DNA of 64,000 bases. It comes from Candidatus Omnitrophota bacterium (lineage in GTDB: Bacteria; Omnitrophota; Gorgyraeia; Zapsychrales; Fredricksoniimonadaceae). The notes under the pieces were generated by a model that worked only from the letters and a program-made list of their open reading frames with translations, had not been told where the DNA came from and made no database searches. Positions 20,254 through 30,006 of this stretch are shown here, in pieces (the stretch's first letter is position 1; every line of letters starts with the position of its first letter). The position numbers were made by a program, and so were the translations under genes. The stretch spans positions 106,580 to 170,579 of the forward strand of contig CAIUQE010000037.1 in assembly GCA_903901225.1 (NCBI GenBank), read 5' to 3'.

Positions 20254-20997
20254 CTAATACTTGACCTCTTCGAGGCAAAGCCCCTGCGCCACCGCGGCCA
20301 GGCCCGCGGCCCTGCGGTCGCGGTCGTTGAGCATCTTTTTGATGCTGCCGCGCGGGAACCGGCCTGAAGCCACCTCCAGCAGGGTCCCCACCATATTGCG
20401 GACCATCTTGTACAAAAAACCATCCGCCTCAACGACGATACGGATAATGTCGCCGGACTTCGTGACCTGGAAGCGTTTGATGGTCCTGACGGCGTCACAT
20501 GCGCGCGAACGGTCGACATTCGCGAACGAAGAAAAGTCCTTCTTCCCGACGTACGCCCGCGCTTCTTCACGCATCAGTCTGATATTGAGCTGGCGCGGAA
20601 AATAACAGCAACGGTTTCGCTCAAGCGCCGAGGCATACGGACGATTAAGGATGGTGTACGAATATACCTTTGACCGGGCGCTGTGCTGGGCGTGGAATTT
20701 CGCGGAGACCAGTTGGGCATCCACAACGACCACATCGCGGGGAATATTATGGTTCAGCGCCCGCATGAGCTCTTCGGGCGGCATCTCTGTATCAACACGA
20801 AAATGCGCCACCTGCCCCCTGGCGTGGACGCCGCTGTCCGTGCGGCCTGAACCGATGCAGGGGATCCTGTCTTTCTTGAAGATCTTTGAAAGAGCTTTTT
20901 CCAGTTCGCCCTGGACGGTGCGGCGGGCATTGGCCTGGAGTTGCCAGCCGTTAAAATCCGTCCCGTCGTATTCGAGGGTAAGCTTGAAGGTCTTCAA
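20254..20997 (-). CDS. truA: tRNA pseudouridine(38-40) synthase
   Basis: 247 aa; LEYDGTDFNGWQLQ and catalytic GSGRTDSGVHA motif. Confidence 0.9.
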   Translation of the reverse strand: MKTFKLTLEYDGTDFNGWQLQANARRTVQGELEKALSKIFKKDRIPCIGSGRTDSGVHARGQVAHFRVDTEMPPEELMRALNHNIPRDVVVVDAQLVSAKFHAQHSARSKVYSYTILNRPYASALERNRCCYFPRQLNIRLMREEARAYVGKKDFSSFANVDRSRACDAVRTIKRFQVTKSGDIIRIVVEADGFLYKMVRNMVGTLLEVASGRFPRGSIKKMLNDRDRRAAGLAAVAQGLCLEEVKY

Positions 20998-21008
20998 ACA
21001 ATGAACCC

Positions 21009-21992
21009 CTAAAGGAGCTTGTAGCCGATCAGCGTCTCCGCGATCTGCACAGCATTGAGCGCCGCGCCCTTGCGGAGATTGTCAGAGACAACCCACATGT
21101 TGATGCCGTTGGGGATGGATTCGTCCTCACGGATACGGCCCACAAAGGTCTCATCCTTACCGTCCGCGTCAATGGGCATGGGATATTTTTTCCGCGCGGG
21201 ATCATCAACAACCTTGACGCCGGGGGCCTTGGATAAGAGCCTGATGACATCCGCGCGCGTCAGCTTCTTTTGCGTTTCAATGTTGACGGATTCGGAGTGC
21301 GCGTTAAATACAGGCACGCGCACGCATGTTGCCGTGACGCGCATCTTCTCGTCGTGGAGGATCTTGCGCGTTTCGTTGACCATTTTCATCTCTTCCTTCG
21401 TGTAATGGTTCTCAACGAAAACATCGATCTGCGGGATCAGGCTGTGCAGGATCTGGTACGCCAGTTTTTTGGGGACCAGGTCGCCTTTCAGCTGATTCTT
21501 CATTTCCTCAATGGCCTCGGAACCCGCCCCCGAAATGGCCTGGTAGGTCGACACCACAATACGCTTGATCTTCGCATGGTCATGCAGGGGCTTGAGCGCG
21601 ACCACCATCTGTATCGTTGAACAGTTGGGATTCGCGATGATGCCCTTGTGCCACTTCACGTCTTCAGGATTCACCTCGGGAACAACGAGCGGGACATCCT
21701 TGTCCATGCGAAACTGGCTCGTGTTGTCAATGACAACCGCGCCGACCCTTGCCGCCACCGGCGACCAGACCTTGCTGATCTCGGCGCCAGGAGAACTGAG
21801 GACGATATCGACACCCTTGAAAACATTTTCATCGAGCGGCAGCAACGGGAGCCCGTGCATCTTCCCCTTGGCGCCGCTGGGCGAAATAAGCCGCAACTCC
21901 CTGACGGGGAATTTACGCTCCTTGACGATATCATACATGCATTGGCCGACCGCGGAACGGGCGCCCAGGATAGCGACAACATACTTTTTCAT
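21009..21992 (-). CDS. asd: Aspartate-semialdehyde dehydrogenase
   Basis: 327 aa; VAILGARSAVGQ NADP fold and active-site Cys in IIANPNCSTIQMV. Confidence 0.92.
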   Translation of the reverse strand: MKKYVVAILGARSAVGQCMYDIVKERKFPVRELRLISPSGAKGKMHGLPLLPLDENVFKGVDIVLSSPGAEISKVWSPVAARVGAVVIDNTSQFRMDKDVPLVVPEVNPEDVKWHKGIIANPNCSTIQMVVALKPLHDHAKIKRIVVSTYQAISGAGSEAIEEMKNQLKGDLVPKKLAYQILHSLIPQIDVFVENHYTKEEMKMVNETRKILHDEKMRVTATCVRVPVFNAHSESVNIETQKKLTRADVIRLLSKAPGVKVVDDPARKKYPMPIDADGKDETFVGRIREDESIPNGINMWVVSDNLRKGAALNAVQIAETLIGYKLL

Positions 21993-22004
21993 GACAACAA
22001 CTCC

Positions 22005-23060
22005 TTACAGGTGCTTGACAACAAGATCGCCGACTTCCGTCGTGGAATAACCCATCTTCCCCGCGGCCAGGTCCTTGATCTTCGTGGTAACGACCAGGCG
22101 GATGGACGCCTCGATGGCATCGGCCGCTTTGGCTTCACCCAGCTGGCGCAACAACATGGCCCCGGCGCCGATGGCCGCCAACGGGTTGATCACGTTTTTG
22201 CCGGTGTACTTGGGAGCCGAACCGCCGATAGGCTCGAACATCGAAACCCCCTGAGGGTTGATGTTGCCGCCCGCCGCGATCCCCATCCCGCCCTGGATCA
22301 TGGCGGCGAGATCGGTGATGATATCGCCGAACATGTTGTCCGTCACGATAACGTCGAACCACTCGGGGTTCTTCACAAACCACATCGTGATGGCGTCGAC
22401 GTGCGCGTAGTCGGTCTTGATATCGGGATATTCCTTCCCGACCTCCTGAAAAGTCCGCAGCCACAGGTCAAAGGCAAAGGTCAGCACATTGGTCTTGCCG
22501 CATAAAGTCAATTGTTTCTTCTTGCCGTATTTGCGGGTGAACTCATAGGCGTAACGCACGCAGCGCTCGATACCAAACCGGGTGTTGATGCTTTCCTGGA
22601 TGGCAACTTCCTGGGGCGTCCCTTTGAAAAGACTGCCGCCCGCGCCCGCGTAAAGGCCTTCGGAATTCTCACGCACGACGGTAAAATCAATATCCGCGGG
22701 TTTCTTGCCTTTCAAGGGGCAAAAACGGTCGTCAAACAACTGCACGGGGCGCAGGTTGATATACTGGTTAAGGTCAAAACGGAGCTTCAGCAGTATCCCC
22801 TTCTCAAGGATACCCGGCTTGACATCCGGATGGCCGATGGCGCCGAGGAACATGGCGTCAAATTTCTTGAAATCCGCCACGGCTGACTCCGGCAGGACTT
22901 CACCGGTGCGCAGGTAGCGCTCACCGCCAAAATCAAAATTAACGGCCTCATACTTGAAAGAAAATTTTGAACCGGCAGCCTCCAGGACTTTCATCCCTTC
23001 CCGGACCACCTCAGGCCCTGTGCCGTCCCCCGGAATGACCGCGATCTTGTAATTCTTCAT
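22005..23060 (-). CDS. leuB: Isopropylmalate/isocitrate/tartrate dehydrogenase family enzyme (probably 3-isopropylmalate dehydrogenase)
   Basis: 351 aa; [15 protein letters not shown]-terminus and [13 protein letters not shown] ... GSAPKYTGK motifs of the beta-decarboxylating dehydrogenase family; exact substrate not resolvable by eye. Confidence 0.65.
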   Translation of the reverse strand: MKNYKIAVIPGDGTGPEVVREGMKVLEAAGSKFSFKYEAVNFDFGGERYLRTGEVLPESAVADFKKFDAMFLGAIGHPDVKPGILEKGILLKLRFDLNQYINLRPVQLFDDRFCPLKGKKPADIDFTVVRENSEGLYAGAGGSLFKGTPQEVAIQESINTRFGIERCVRYAYEFTRKYGKKKQLTLCGKTNVLTFAFDLWLRTFQEVGKEYPDIKTDYAHVDAITMWFVKNPEWFDVIVTDNMFGDIITDLAAMIQGGMGIAAGGNINPQGVSMFEPIGGSAPKYTGKNVINPLAAIGAGAMLLRQLGEAKAADAIEASIRLVVTTKIKDLAAGKMGYSTTEVGDLVVKHL

Positions 23061-23079
23061 GGTGTGTCGCTTTCTTTAA

Positions 23080-24324
23080 TTAACCCTGGAACCGTTTCAC
23101 GAGAATGGTCGCGTTATGGCCGCCAAACCCGAGGGAATTGGAAATGGCCACATCGACCTTAGCCCGGCGCGCCTCGTTGGGCACATAATCAAGGGTGCAG
23201 TCAGGGTCCGGTGTTGTATAGTTGATCGTCGGCGGGATTATCCCGTCGCGGATGGCCAAAGCGCAGGCCGCGAACTCGACCGCGCCGGCCGCCCCGAGCA
23301 AATGCCCCGTCATGGATTTGGTGGAACTGACCGCCAGCTTGCTGGCGTGCGCCCCAAAAGCCTTGTTGATCGCCAGCGATTCGATTTTGTCGTTCAGATA
23401 GGTCGAGGTGCCGTGCGCGTTGATGTAATCAACATCCTCAAGCTTGAGCCCGGCGTATTTGACGGCATCACGCATCGCGCGCGCCGCGCCTTCGCCGGAA
23501 TCTTCAGGTGCTGTTGAATGGAAGGCGTCGGACGTCTGCCCGAAACCGGCCACTTCAGCGATGATCGTAGCTCCGCGTTTCTGGGCATAGCCCAATTCCT
23601 CAAGCACCACAACGCACGCGCCTTCGCCCATGATGAACCCGTCACGGTCCTTATCAAAAGGCCGGCTGGCTTTTTCAGGCGCGTCGTTACGGGTCGAGAG
23701 GGCTTTTAACGCGCAAAAACCGCCCACGCCAAGGATGGAAATAGCCGCTTCAGTACCGCCGGCAAAAGCCGCGTCGATCTCGCCGTACTGGATCATCCGG
23801 AACGCGTCGCCGATGCAGGTCGTCCCTGTCGCGCAAGCCGTGACCGAACACGTGGCCGGACCTTTGGCGCCGGTCTCAATGGAAACCTGCCCCGCCGCCT
23901 CATTAATGATCATTTTAGGGATAAAGAACGGTGAGATGCGCCCAGGCCCTTTGTCCAGGAACTTCTGGTACTCTTCCTCGGCGGACCTGATACAGCCGAT
24001 GCCGGAACCGACCACAACGCCCACGCGATGAGGATCGACCTCCGCCATCTTGAAACGCGCGTTGATGACAGCCTCGCGCGCGGCCACAACCGCGTACTGG
24101 ATGAAAGGAGATATCTTGCGGGCATCCTTGGAATTGAAGTGCTTGTCCACCTCATACCCCTTCAGTTCTGCCGCGATCTTCGTGTCAAACGTGGACGCAT
24201 CGAACTTCGTGATGGGAGCGACACCGCTCTTTCCGGCGACAAGGGCCTTCCAGAAATCATCAAGCCCGTTCCCGACAGGTGAAAGCACGCCGATCCCTGT
24301 AACAACGACTCGCCTTTTTTCCAT
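23080..24324 (-). CDS. fabF: 3-oxoacyl-ACP synthase II
   Basis: 414 aa; catalytic Cys in [11 protein letters not shown], His-His in YINAHGTST / [12 protein letters not shown]. Confidence 0.93.
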   Translation of the reverse strand: MEKRRVVVTGIGVLSPVGNGLDDFWKALVAGKSGVAPITKFDASTFDTKIAAELKGYEVDKHFNSKDARKISPFIQYAVVAAREAVINARFKMAEVDPHRVGVVVGSGIGCIRSAEEEYQKFLDKGPGRISPFFIPKMIINEAAGQVSIETGAKGPATCSVTACATGTTCIGDAFRMIQYGEIDAAFAGGTEAAISILGVGGFCALKALSTRNDAPEKASRPFDKDRDGFIMGEGACVVVLEELGYAQKRGATIIAEVAGFGQTSDAFHSTAPEDSGEGAARAMRDAVKYAGLKLEDVDYINAHGTSTYLNDKIESLAINKAFGAHASKLAVSSTKSMTGHLLGAAGAVEFAACALAIRDGIIPPTINYTTPDPDCTLDYVPNEARRAKVDVAISNSLGFGGHNATILVKRFQG

Positions 24325-24348
24325 AATAACGGCCCCTTAAAAATTTTT

Positions 24349-24371
24349 GCCCCGACAGATGATGTCGGGGC
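24349..24371 (-). terminator. Stem-loop between acpP and fabF (partial terminator/attenuator)
   Basis: gccccgaca-gatgat-gtcggggc followed on the minus strand by aaaaauuuuu; sits 39 nt after the acpP stop. Confidence 0.45.
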
Positions 24372-24409
24372 AATTATTCAACTCAAACGTTCAAGTAGAA
24401 CCGCTCCCG

Positions 24410-24649
24410 TTACGCCTTGGCAGCCTTTTCCTCGATATACTTGATCGCATCGCCGACCTTGGTCATCTTTTCAGCGTCCTCGTCAGGAATTTCAACGCTG
24501 AATTCCTCTTCAAGGGCCATGATGAGCTCAACGGTATCAAGAGAATCGGCACCCAGGTCATCAATGAATGACGCCTCGGGCTTGACTTCCTCGATCTTGA
24601 CGCCCAACTGTTCCGCGATGATGGATTTCACTTTTTCTGCAACAGCCAT
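24410..24649 (-). CDS. acpP: Acyl carrier protein
   Basis: 79 aa; phosphopantetheine attachment motif [12 protein letters not shown]. Confidence 0.95.
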   Translation of the reverse strand: MAVAEKVKSIIAEQLGVKIEEVKPEASFIDDLGADSLDTVELIMALEEEFSVEIPDEDAEKMTKVGDAIKYIEEKAAKA

Positions 24650-24693
24650 GCAAGCCTCCTTTTTACCTTCTTTACTTTTTCTTTAAGACCTTT

Positions 24694-25443
24694 TCAATAC
24701 ATGACCATGCCGCCGTCGACGAGGATCGTCTGGCCGGTGACATAATCAGCTTCTTTTGACGCCAGGAACAAACACACGTTCGCCACATCCGCGGGAAGTC
24801 CCATGCGGCCCAGCGGAACATTCTCAAGTATCTTGTTCTTCACCTCATCGCTCAGTTTGTCGGTCATGGCGGTCTTGATATACCCGGGGGCCACGGCATT
24901 GACCGTGATGCTGCGCGAGGCGAATTCACGCGCCAAAGACTTGGCCAGCGCGATAACACCGGCTTTGCTCGCGGCATAATTTGCCTGACCCGCGTTGCCC
25001 ATCACGCCGATCACGGAACCGATATTGATGATCTTGCCTTTGTGCGCCTTCAACATGGGCCTGGAAACCGCCTTGCAGGCGTTGAACGTGCCTTTAAGGT
25101 TGACACTGATGACCGCGTCCCATTCCTCTTCCTTCATGCGCAGGAAAAGGCCGTCACGGGTAATGCCGGCATTGTTCACTAATATATCGATACGGCCGTG
25201 CTTTTCAATGATCTTGGCCACACACTGGTCCACATCGGCAGAATTTGTCACATTGCAGGCAAACGCGTCAGCTTTATAACCCTTGGCCACAAGTTCAGCG
25301 GCCGTAGCCTGGCAATCTTCGATCTTGATATCGGAAATGATGACCAAAGCCCCTTCGCGGGCATAGGTTTCAGCGATCTCACGGCCAATGCCGCGCGCGG
25401 ATCCTGTGATCAAGGCGATCTCGTTGTTCAATCTCATGGTCAT
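24694..25443 (-). CDS. fabG: 3-oxoacyl-ACP reductase
   Basis: 249 aa SDR; TGSARGIGREIA, NAG, YAASKAG catalytic tetrad region. Confidence 0.9.
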   Translation of the reverse strand: MTMRLNNEIALITGSARGIGREIAETYAREGALVIISDIKIEDCQATAAELVAKGYKADAFACNVTNSADVDQCVAKIIEKHGRIDILVNNAGITRDGLFLRMKEEEWDAVISVNLKGTFNACKAVSRPMLKAHKGKIINIGSVIGVMGNAGQANYAASKAGVIALAKSLAREFASRSITVNAVAPGYIKTAMTDKLSDEVKNKILENVPLGRMGLPADVANVCLFLASKEADYVTGQTILVDGGMVMY

Positions 25444-25454
25444 GAACCTTCCTT

Positions 25455-25495
25455 TTTGAAAATCAGGGTATATAGTAGCAACAAAAAGCCTATTG
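25455..25495 (-). promoter_or_regulatory. Putative sigma70-type promoter of fabG-acpP-fabF
   Basis: Minus-strand reading: TTGCCAataggctttttgttgctacTATATA then RBS aaaggaagg 7 nt before fabG ATG. Confidence 0.35.
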
Positions 25496-25508
25496 GCAAG
25501 AGAAATTT

Positions 25509-25988
25509 CTATCTTTCTTCGATCACTTCAGCGTCAACGGCCCCGCCTTTATTGATCGAAGGCCCGGGTGCCCCTGCGGGTGAAGTAGCCCCCACGGCCT
25601 GGTTCCCGGAAGAAAGGATATGCGCCTGGAATCCCCTGAGAACGAACCACCGGACCAGAACGCGGGTCAACGGGAAAACAAGGATCAGGCCCAGGATATC
25701 ACTGATAAACCCGGGCAGGACAAAAAGGACGCCCCCCAGGAAAACAAGCAAACCGTCGACCATTTCAACCGTAGGCGGCCGCCTTTCCGCCAGGGACGCC
25801 TGTATCCTCTGAAGGATCACCATCCCCTGGTGTTTGGCCAGCGAAGACCCCAGGACCGCGGAAGAGAACAATAGGAGAATCGTCTGAAGGACCCCTATCC
25901 TGGCGGCAACCTTGCCCATCACCACGAATTCCGCGTAAGGAAAGAACACAAGGAAGAACAAAAGGAGCAGGCAACCCATCAGCAGCAC
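25509..25988 (-). CDS. fxsA: FxsA-family cytoplasmic membrane protein
   Basis: 159 aa; hydrophobic N-terminus and the FxsA core LPGFISDILGLILVFPLTRV. Confidence 0.7.
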   Translation of the reverse strand: MLLMGCLLLLFFLVFFPYAEFVVMGKVAARIGVLQTILLLFSSAVLGSSLAKHQGMVILQRIQASLAERRPPTVEMVDGLLVFLGGVLFVLPGFISDILGLILVFPLTRVLVRWFVLRGFQAHILSSGNQAVGATSPAGAPGPSINKGGAVDAEVIEER

Positions 25989-26380
25989 CGTGTCGTGGTC
26001 ATCACCCTGGCACCCGATCTTTGGGCCGTCATCACAAGGGCGACGGCCCTGGCATCAGCCAAAACCCCGGCTTTCGAGATCGACACGGTGGCCGTAACGA
26101 TCCGAGGCTCTTCCATAATAAGATCTAGGATAAAAGCGGCAAGGCGCTCCAGCAGAAAGAACTTTGTCCCCGCGACCTTTTTCACAATAGCCGCATGAAT
26201 GGCCGCGTAATCGACCGCGTGCCCCAAAGCATCGGTGGTTGCGGCCAGGGACGCGTCATAATCAAAGGAAATATTGAGCACCAGCTCCTGCGGGGTCTCC
26301 CTTTCATGAGGCAAAGTCCCTATAATGACTTTGACCCTGGCATCTTTGATCGTGACCGTCGCGTTGGAAAAATGGCTCAT
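25979..26380 (-). CDS. folB: Dihydroneopterin aldolase
   Basis: Supplied ORF 25979..26494; FolB-like core [27 protein letters not shown]; probable start MSHFSNATV (about 26380), overlapping the folE stop. Confidence 0.78.
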   Translation of the reverse strand: MSHFSNATVTIKDARVKVIIGTLPHERETPQELVLNISFDYDASLAATTDALGHAVDYAAIHAAIVKKVAGTKFFLLERLAAFILDLIMEEPRIVTATVSISKAGVLADARAVALVMTAQRSGARVMTTTRCC

Positions 26381-26916
26381 CGGATAAGGCTGAGGAATTC
26401 GCTGCGGGTGGAACTGTTGGAACGGAACGTCCCCAGCATGCAGGAGGTCTTCATCACGGAGTTCTGTTTTTCGACACCCCGCATCATCATGCACAAATGC
26501 TGGGCGTCAATGACGACGCCGACGCCGCGGGCGTCCGTGTGTTCCATGATCGTGTCCGCCACCTGCTTGGTGAGGTTTTCCTGGATCTGGAAACGGCGGG
26601 CAAACACATCCACGATCCGCGCGATCTTGGAAAGGCCGAGGACCTTGCCGCGCGGGATATACCCGACGTGGCACTTGCCGAAGAACGGCAGGAGGTGATG
26701 CTCGCACATCGAGTACATCTCGATGTCCTTGACGATGATCATTTCGTCGTTGTCCGAATCAAAAATGGCGCCGTTGATGACCTTCTTGATATCCTGGTTA
26801 TAACCCGTGGTCAGGAATTCATACGCTTTCGCCGCGCGCCGCGGGGTCCCCTTGAGGCCGCCCCGGTTGAGGTCTTCGCCGACAGTCTTTAACAATTTGC
26901 GGAACACATCTTCCAT
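26377..26916 (-). CDS. folE: GTP cyclohydrolase I
   Basis: 179 aa; [18 protein letters not shown] zinc/active-site signature of FolE. Confidence 0.93.
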   Translation of the reverse strand: MEDVFRKLLKTVGEDLNRGGLKGTPRRAAKAYEFLTTGYNQDIKKVINGAIFDSDNDEMIIVKDIEMYSMCEHHLLPFFGKCHVGYIPRGKVLGLSKIARIVDVFARRFQIQENLTKQVADTIMEHTDARGVGVVIDAQHLCMMMRGVEKQNSVMKTSCMLGTFRSNSSTRSEFLSLIR

Positions 26917-26990
26917 ACATATCCTTTGGAAATAATTTTCATCGATATTAGCACATGCGCCAGGTTTTCAATAGAAAAATCCCTTCCCCC

Positions 26991-27018
26991 TTGTTCTCGG
27001 ATGATCCCGTGTTATAAT
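26991..27018 (+). promoter_or_regulatory. Putative promoter of the histidinol-phosphatase gene (TTGTTC-16-TATAAT), possibly leaderless transcript
   Basis: -10 TATAAT at 27013-27018 lies only 6 nt before the ATG at 27025. Confidence 0.3.
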
Positions 27019-27024
27019 CGCAGC

Positions 27025-27828
27025 ATGTTACCGATATCTGATTACCATATGCACACACCCCTGTGCGGTCACGCGACAGGCGAACCCCAGGCCTACGCGA
27101 GGCGCGCGATCGAGGTCGGATTGAAGAAGATCGGGTTTTCCGACCACGCCCCCCTTGTGTCACACAATGACCGTTCCATCACGATGGACCATTCGCAACT
27201 GCCCATTTACCACCACATGATCGAAAGCGTGCGCTCCGAATTTGAGGACGATCTGGAGGTCATTGTCGGGATCGAGGCGGATTTCATCCCCGGCTATGAG
27301 GAACTCACGCGCTCCATGCTCAGCGCCTATCCCTACGACTATGTGATCGGCTCCGTCCATTTCATCGAAAAATGGGGTTTTGACGACCCGATCCAGATGA
27401 AGGAATGGAACGCCCGGGATGTGAACGACGTTTACCGCGAGTACCACCGCCTGCTGCGCAAGAGTGCTTTGTCACGGTTGTTCGACGTGCTCGGGCATGT
27501 GGACCTTGTGAAAAAATTTGATTTCCACCCCACGGTGGACATCACGGCGGAGATCGAGGAGAACGCCCGCGTGTTCAAGAAGACCGGCGTCATTGTGGAA
27601 GTGAACAGCTCGGGCCTGCGCAAGCCCGCGAAAGAAATTTATCCTGCCCTGCACGACCTGAAGATCTACTGCGCCAAAGGGGTCCCGATCACGTTCGGCT
27701 CCGACGCCCATGACCCGCACGACGTCGGGCGAGATTTCGACAAGGCGCGCGACCTGGCCCTGGCCGCGGGGTACACCGAGTACGTCCTGCTCAAAGGCCG
27801 CAAGGTTTCACATACCGTTTTACTGTGA
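27025..27828 (+). CDS. hisJ: Histidinol-phosphatase, PHP family (HisJ/HisK type)
   Basis: Supplied ORF 26926..27828; PHP metal-binding motifs DYHMHT, GFSDHAP, EVNSSG; likely start MLPISDYHMHT at 27025. Confidence 0.8.
   Translation: MLPISDYHMHTPLCGHATGEPQAYARRAIEVGLKKIGFSDHAPLVSHNDRSITMDHSQLPIYHHMIESVRSEFEDDLEVIVGIEADFIPGYEELTRSMLSAYPYDYVIGSVHFIEKWGFDDPIQMKEWNARDVNDVYREYHRLLRKSALSRLFDVLGHVDLVKKFDFHPTVDITAEIEENARVFKKTGVIVEVNSSGLRKPAKEIYPALHDLKIYCAKGVPITFGSDAHDPHDVGRDFDKARDLALAAGYTEYVLLKGRKVSHTVLL
27590..27828 (+). repeat. Direct repeat copy A (3' end of hisJ), ~95% identical to 29096..29334
   Basis: By my manual alignment the two copies differ at about 12 positions over ~235 nt; 11 changes are synonymous and one is T->K. 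Confidence 0.85.
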
Positions 27829-27919
27829 TTTATCCCAGTCACTTTCCCTGATCTTTCCTGACCTTTGTGTGTACCCTCTAGTAAACACATGTCTATTTAA
27901 GTAAACGACAACGTCATCA

Positions 27920-28327
27920 CTACTCCGGCAGTTTGGCCATTCCCCACTGATAAAATCGCTCAACTTGTTTTAAAATATCAAGCGCATCCGCCTGACGGAA
28001 ATCCCGTTCTTCATACTCAATGGCTGTTTTCTTCGCAAGGATCCTGGAATAATTCTTCGCCTGAGCCTCTACGCCATCGATGTTCACCCTGTAAAGAAGC
28101 TCCGCGGCCGTGGCATGATCCTCCCCAGCGGAACGTTGACCCAGATGACACACAGTGATCGCATCGTTAAGCGCGATCGCGCAATGAACCGCGTTGACAC
28201 CTAAAGCTGCCCAATATTCTTTTTGTTGCGCAACTTGCATCATTTCATACAACTGACTGGCTCGATCCAAAAAGATCGTATAACTGCTTTTTGCAACGAT
28301 CTTTACTTTCATCGACCTGGCATTCAT
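27920..28327 (-). CDS. hepT: HEPN-domain toxin (HepT-like, Rx4-6H RNase motif)
   Basis: 135 aa; HEPN motif RSAGEDH (R-x5-H) in CHLGQRSAGEDHATAAELL; 4-nt overlap with upstream MNT gene. Confidence 0.78.
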   Translation of the reverse strand: MNARSMKVKIVAKSSYTIFLDRASQLYEMMQVAQQKEYWAALGVNAVHCAIALNDAITVCHLGQRSAGEDHATAAELLYRVNIDGVEAQAKNYSRILAKKTAIEYEERDFRQADALDILKQVERFYQWGMAKLPE

Positions 28328-28950
28328 AGAAATGCCTCCAATTTTTTACCCCAAATTATTTTATTCGAATCCAAAGCCGCTTTAATAAACGACAGCCCCT
28401 CGGAGGATTTTTTACGAAATTCAGCAACTGAATAAATGTGTGCGTCTATACTTAACCCGACTTCCTGCAAGACAGAAACGTTGATATCCAGAAATAAGTC
28501 TTCCACAAGAGATCTTACTTTCTCACTGTTGATAAGCACAAGCAGATCAACATCACTCGTCGGACGCTCCTTTTTTTTATGAACGCTTCCAAACAAAGCT
28601 ACTGACACAATATCTTCTTTGATCCCAGAACCTTCTATTTTTTTATGAAATTCCGTCCAAAGATCCGACGGATAATCTCCTTCCGTCTTGAACATGGGTT
28701 TTAACACTTTTGCCACGACCCAATTCTTCGGGTTTAAGCCGTACGCGTGCACTGTACCAAAACCTTTCCTCTCCAGCACTCCTTCTTCATAAAGGTCCCG
28801 AAGAGCCACCCTGACAGTCGTTGTCGAAGCCTGCAGTAATTGCGCGACCTGTCTCCCGCTGGTCTCGCCCCCAACAGAACAAAACAATCGCAAGATCTTT
28901 ACTTTAGTCTCACTATTCAAAATTTTATTCAATGGTTTATTCAACCGCAT
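28324..28950 (-). CDS. mntA: Minimal nucleotidyltransferase antitoxin (MntA-like) fused to an N-terminal winged-HTH
   Basis: 208 aa; NTase signature ALFGSVHKKKERPTSDVDLLVL (GS...D.D); N-terminal wHTH KILRLFCSVGGETSGRQVAQLLQASTTTVRVALRDLYEEGVLER. Confidence 0.78.
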   Translation of the reverse strand: MRLNKPLNKILNSETKVKILRLFCSVGGETSGRQVAQLLQASTTTVRVALRDLYEEGVLERKGFGTVHAYGLNPKNWVVAKVLKPMFKTEGDYPSDLWTEFHKKIEGSGIKEDIVSVALFGSVHKKKERPTSDVDLLVLINSEKVRSLVEDLFLDINVSVLQEVGLSIDAHIYSVAEFRKKSSEGLSFIKAALDSNKIIWGKKLEAFL

Positions 28951-28954
28951 ATTA

Positions 28955-29065
28955 ACTGCTTCCCATTTCTATGTTCCGCTTTCAGTTCATGTGTGCCATT
29001 TTCAGTCTACATGAACTGTTTTCGGTTCATAGGATATAATAAAAAATTACACTTGTCAAGCCGGT
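28955..29065 (-). promoter_or_regulatory. Promoter/operator of the mntA-hepT operon
   Basis: Minus-strand TTGACA (complement of 29055-29060) then a TATAT -10 about 15-17 nt downstream. Between promoter and ATG lie three imperfect direct repeats (ttccgctttcagttcatg / ccattttcagtctacatg / ctgttttcggttcatag). GTCACTG/GTGACTG repeats sit upstream. Confidence 0.45.
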
Positions 29066-29095
29066 CACTGTGACTGTCACTGCGCCTCCACGGCC

Positions 29096-29334
29096 TCATT
29101 GTGGAAGTGAACAGCTCGGGACTGCGCAAGCCCGCGAAAGAAATTTATCCTGCTCTGCACGACCTGAAGATCTACTGCGCCAAAGGGGTCCCGATCACGT
29201 TCGGCTCCGACGCCCATGACCCGCACGACGTCGGGCGCGATTTCGACAAGGCGCGCGACCTGGCCCTGGCCGCGGGTTATAAAGAATACGTCCTGCTCAA
29301 GGGGCGCAAGGTCTCACATACTGTTTTGCTGTAA
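29096..29334 (+). repeat. Direct repeat copy B (displaced 3' end of hisJ)
   Basis: See copy A; copy B begins right after the HEPN/MNT promoter region and ends with its own stop codon (TAA). Confidence 0.85.
29101..29334 (+). pseudogene. Orphan C-terminal fragment of histidinol-phosphatase (77 codons, no N-terminal PHP motifs)
   Basis: Translation EVNSSGLRKPAKEIYPALHDLKIYCAKGVPITFGSDAHDPHDVGRDFDKARDLALAAGYKEYVLLKGRKVSHTVLL is identical to the hisJ C-terminus except T->K. Confidence 0.7.
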
Positions 29335-29339
29335 TTCCA

Positions 29340-29735
29340 TCAAAAATCCTGCAGAGCAACCACGATATTAGGAAAAGCCTTCAGAAGATATTTATCAGCT
29401 GTCGCAAGCTTGACCCCCAACATCTGCGCCAGGGCAACATATTCCGCGTCATACGCCGAGCACCCCCCATGGCAAGCGGTCTCCATGACCTGGGTGGATG
29501 GGACACTTTTTGTCCGCGGACTAAAAACAAGCTCCACCCTGACCGCAAGCTCGATGGCATCCTGACGAGCTAATTGTTTCGCGCGCACAAAACCCAGCAG
29601 GATATTCCTGAATTCCGACACCATGATCGGCGGGACGATCCAGACAGTATCCTTCCGGATCACCGCTTGCGCCAACGGCTGAAAAGGCCCCGGCAAATAA
29701 TAATACGCGACAAGATTCGCATCCGCGACGATCAT
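29340..29735 (-). CDS. vapC: PIN-domain ribonuclease toxin VapC
   Basis: 131 aa; MIVADANLV N-terminus with acidic PIN residues (D5, E42, D... pattern); 4-nt overlap with upstream antitoxin. Confidence 0.78.
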   Translation of the reverse strand: MIVADANLVAYYYLPGPFQPLAQAVIRKDTVWIVPPIMVSEFRNILLGFVRAKQLARQDAIELAVRVELVFSPRTKSVPSTQVMETACHGGCSAYDAEYVALAQMLGVKLATADKYLLKAFPNIVVALQDF

Positions 29736-29971
29736 GCCTGGCCTTCTTTCTTGAAACGATCGATATCCTCGGGCAATGCCTCGCCCTTGAACGCATGGCG
29801 CATCAACGCCGCATCAAACGCCATCTGCTGGGCATCCAGCGGCACGAACCCTGTTGCCGTTTCAAGGCTGGAAATGATCTCATTGTTCAAACTGCGATGT
29901 CCCATAACGGCCCTGCGCTTTAAAACCTCATGCAACCGGCGCGGTATGTTCTTGACAGTAATATTGGCCAT
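29732..29971 (-). CDS. vapB: VapB-type antitoxin (ribbon-helix-helix, FitA/StbC-like)
   Basis: MANITVKNIPRRLHEVLKRRA matches the RHH antitoxin N-terminus; supplied ORF extends 12 codons further upstream. Confidence 0.7.
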   Translation of the reverse strand: MANITVKNIPRRLHEVLKRRAVMGHRSLNNEIISSLETATGFVPLDAQQMAFDAALMRHAFKGEALPEDIDRFKKEGQA

Positions 29972-30006
29972 GGCAAGCCCTCCTTGATAGAACCATAACA
30001 CAACCA

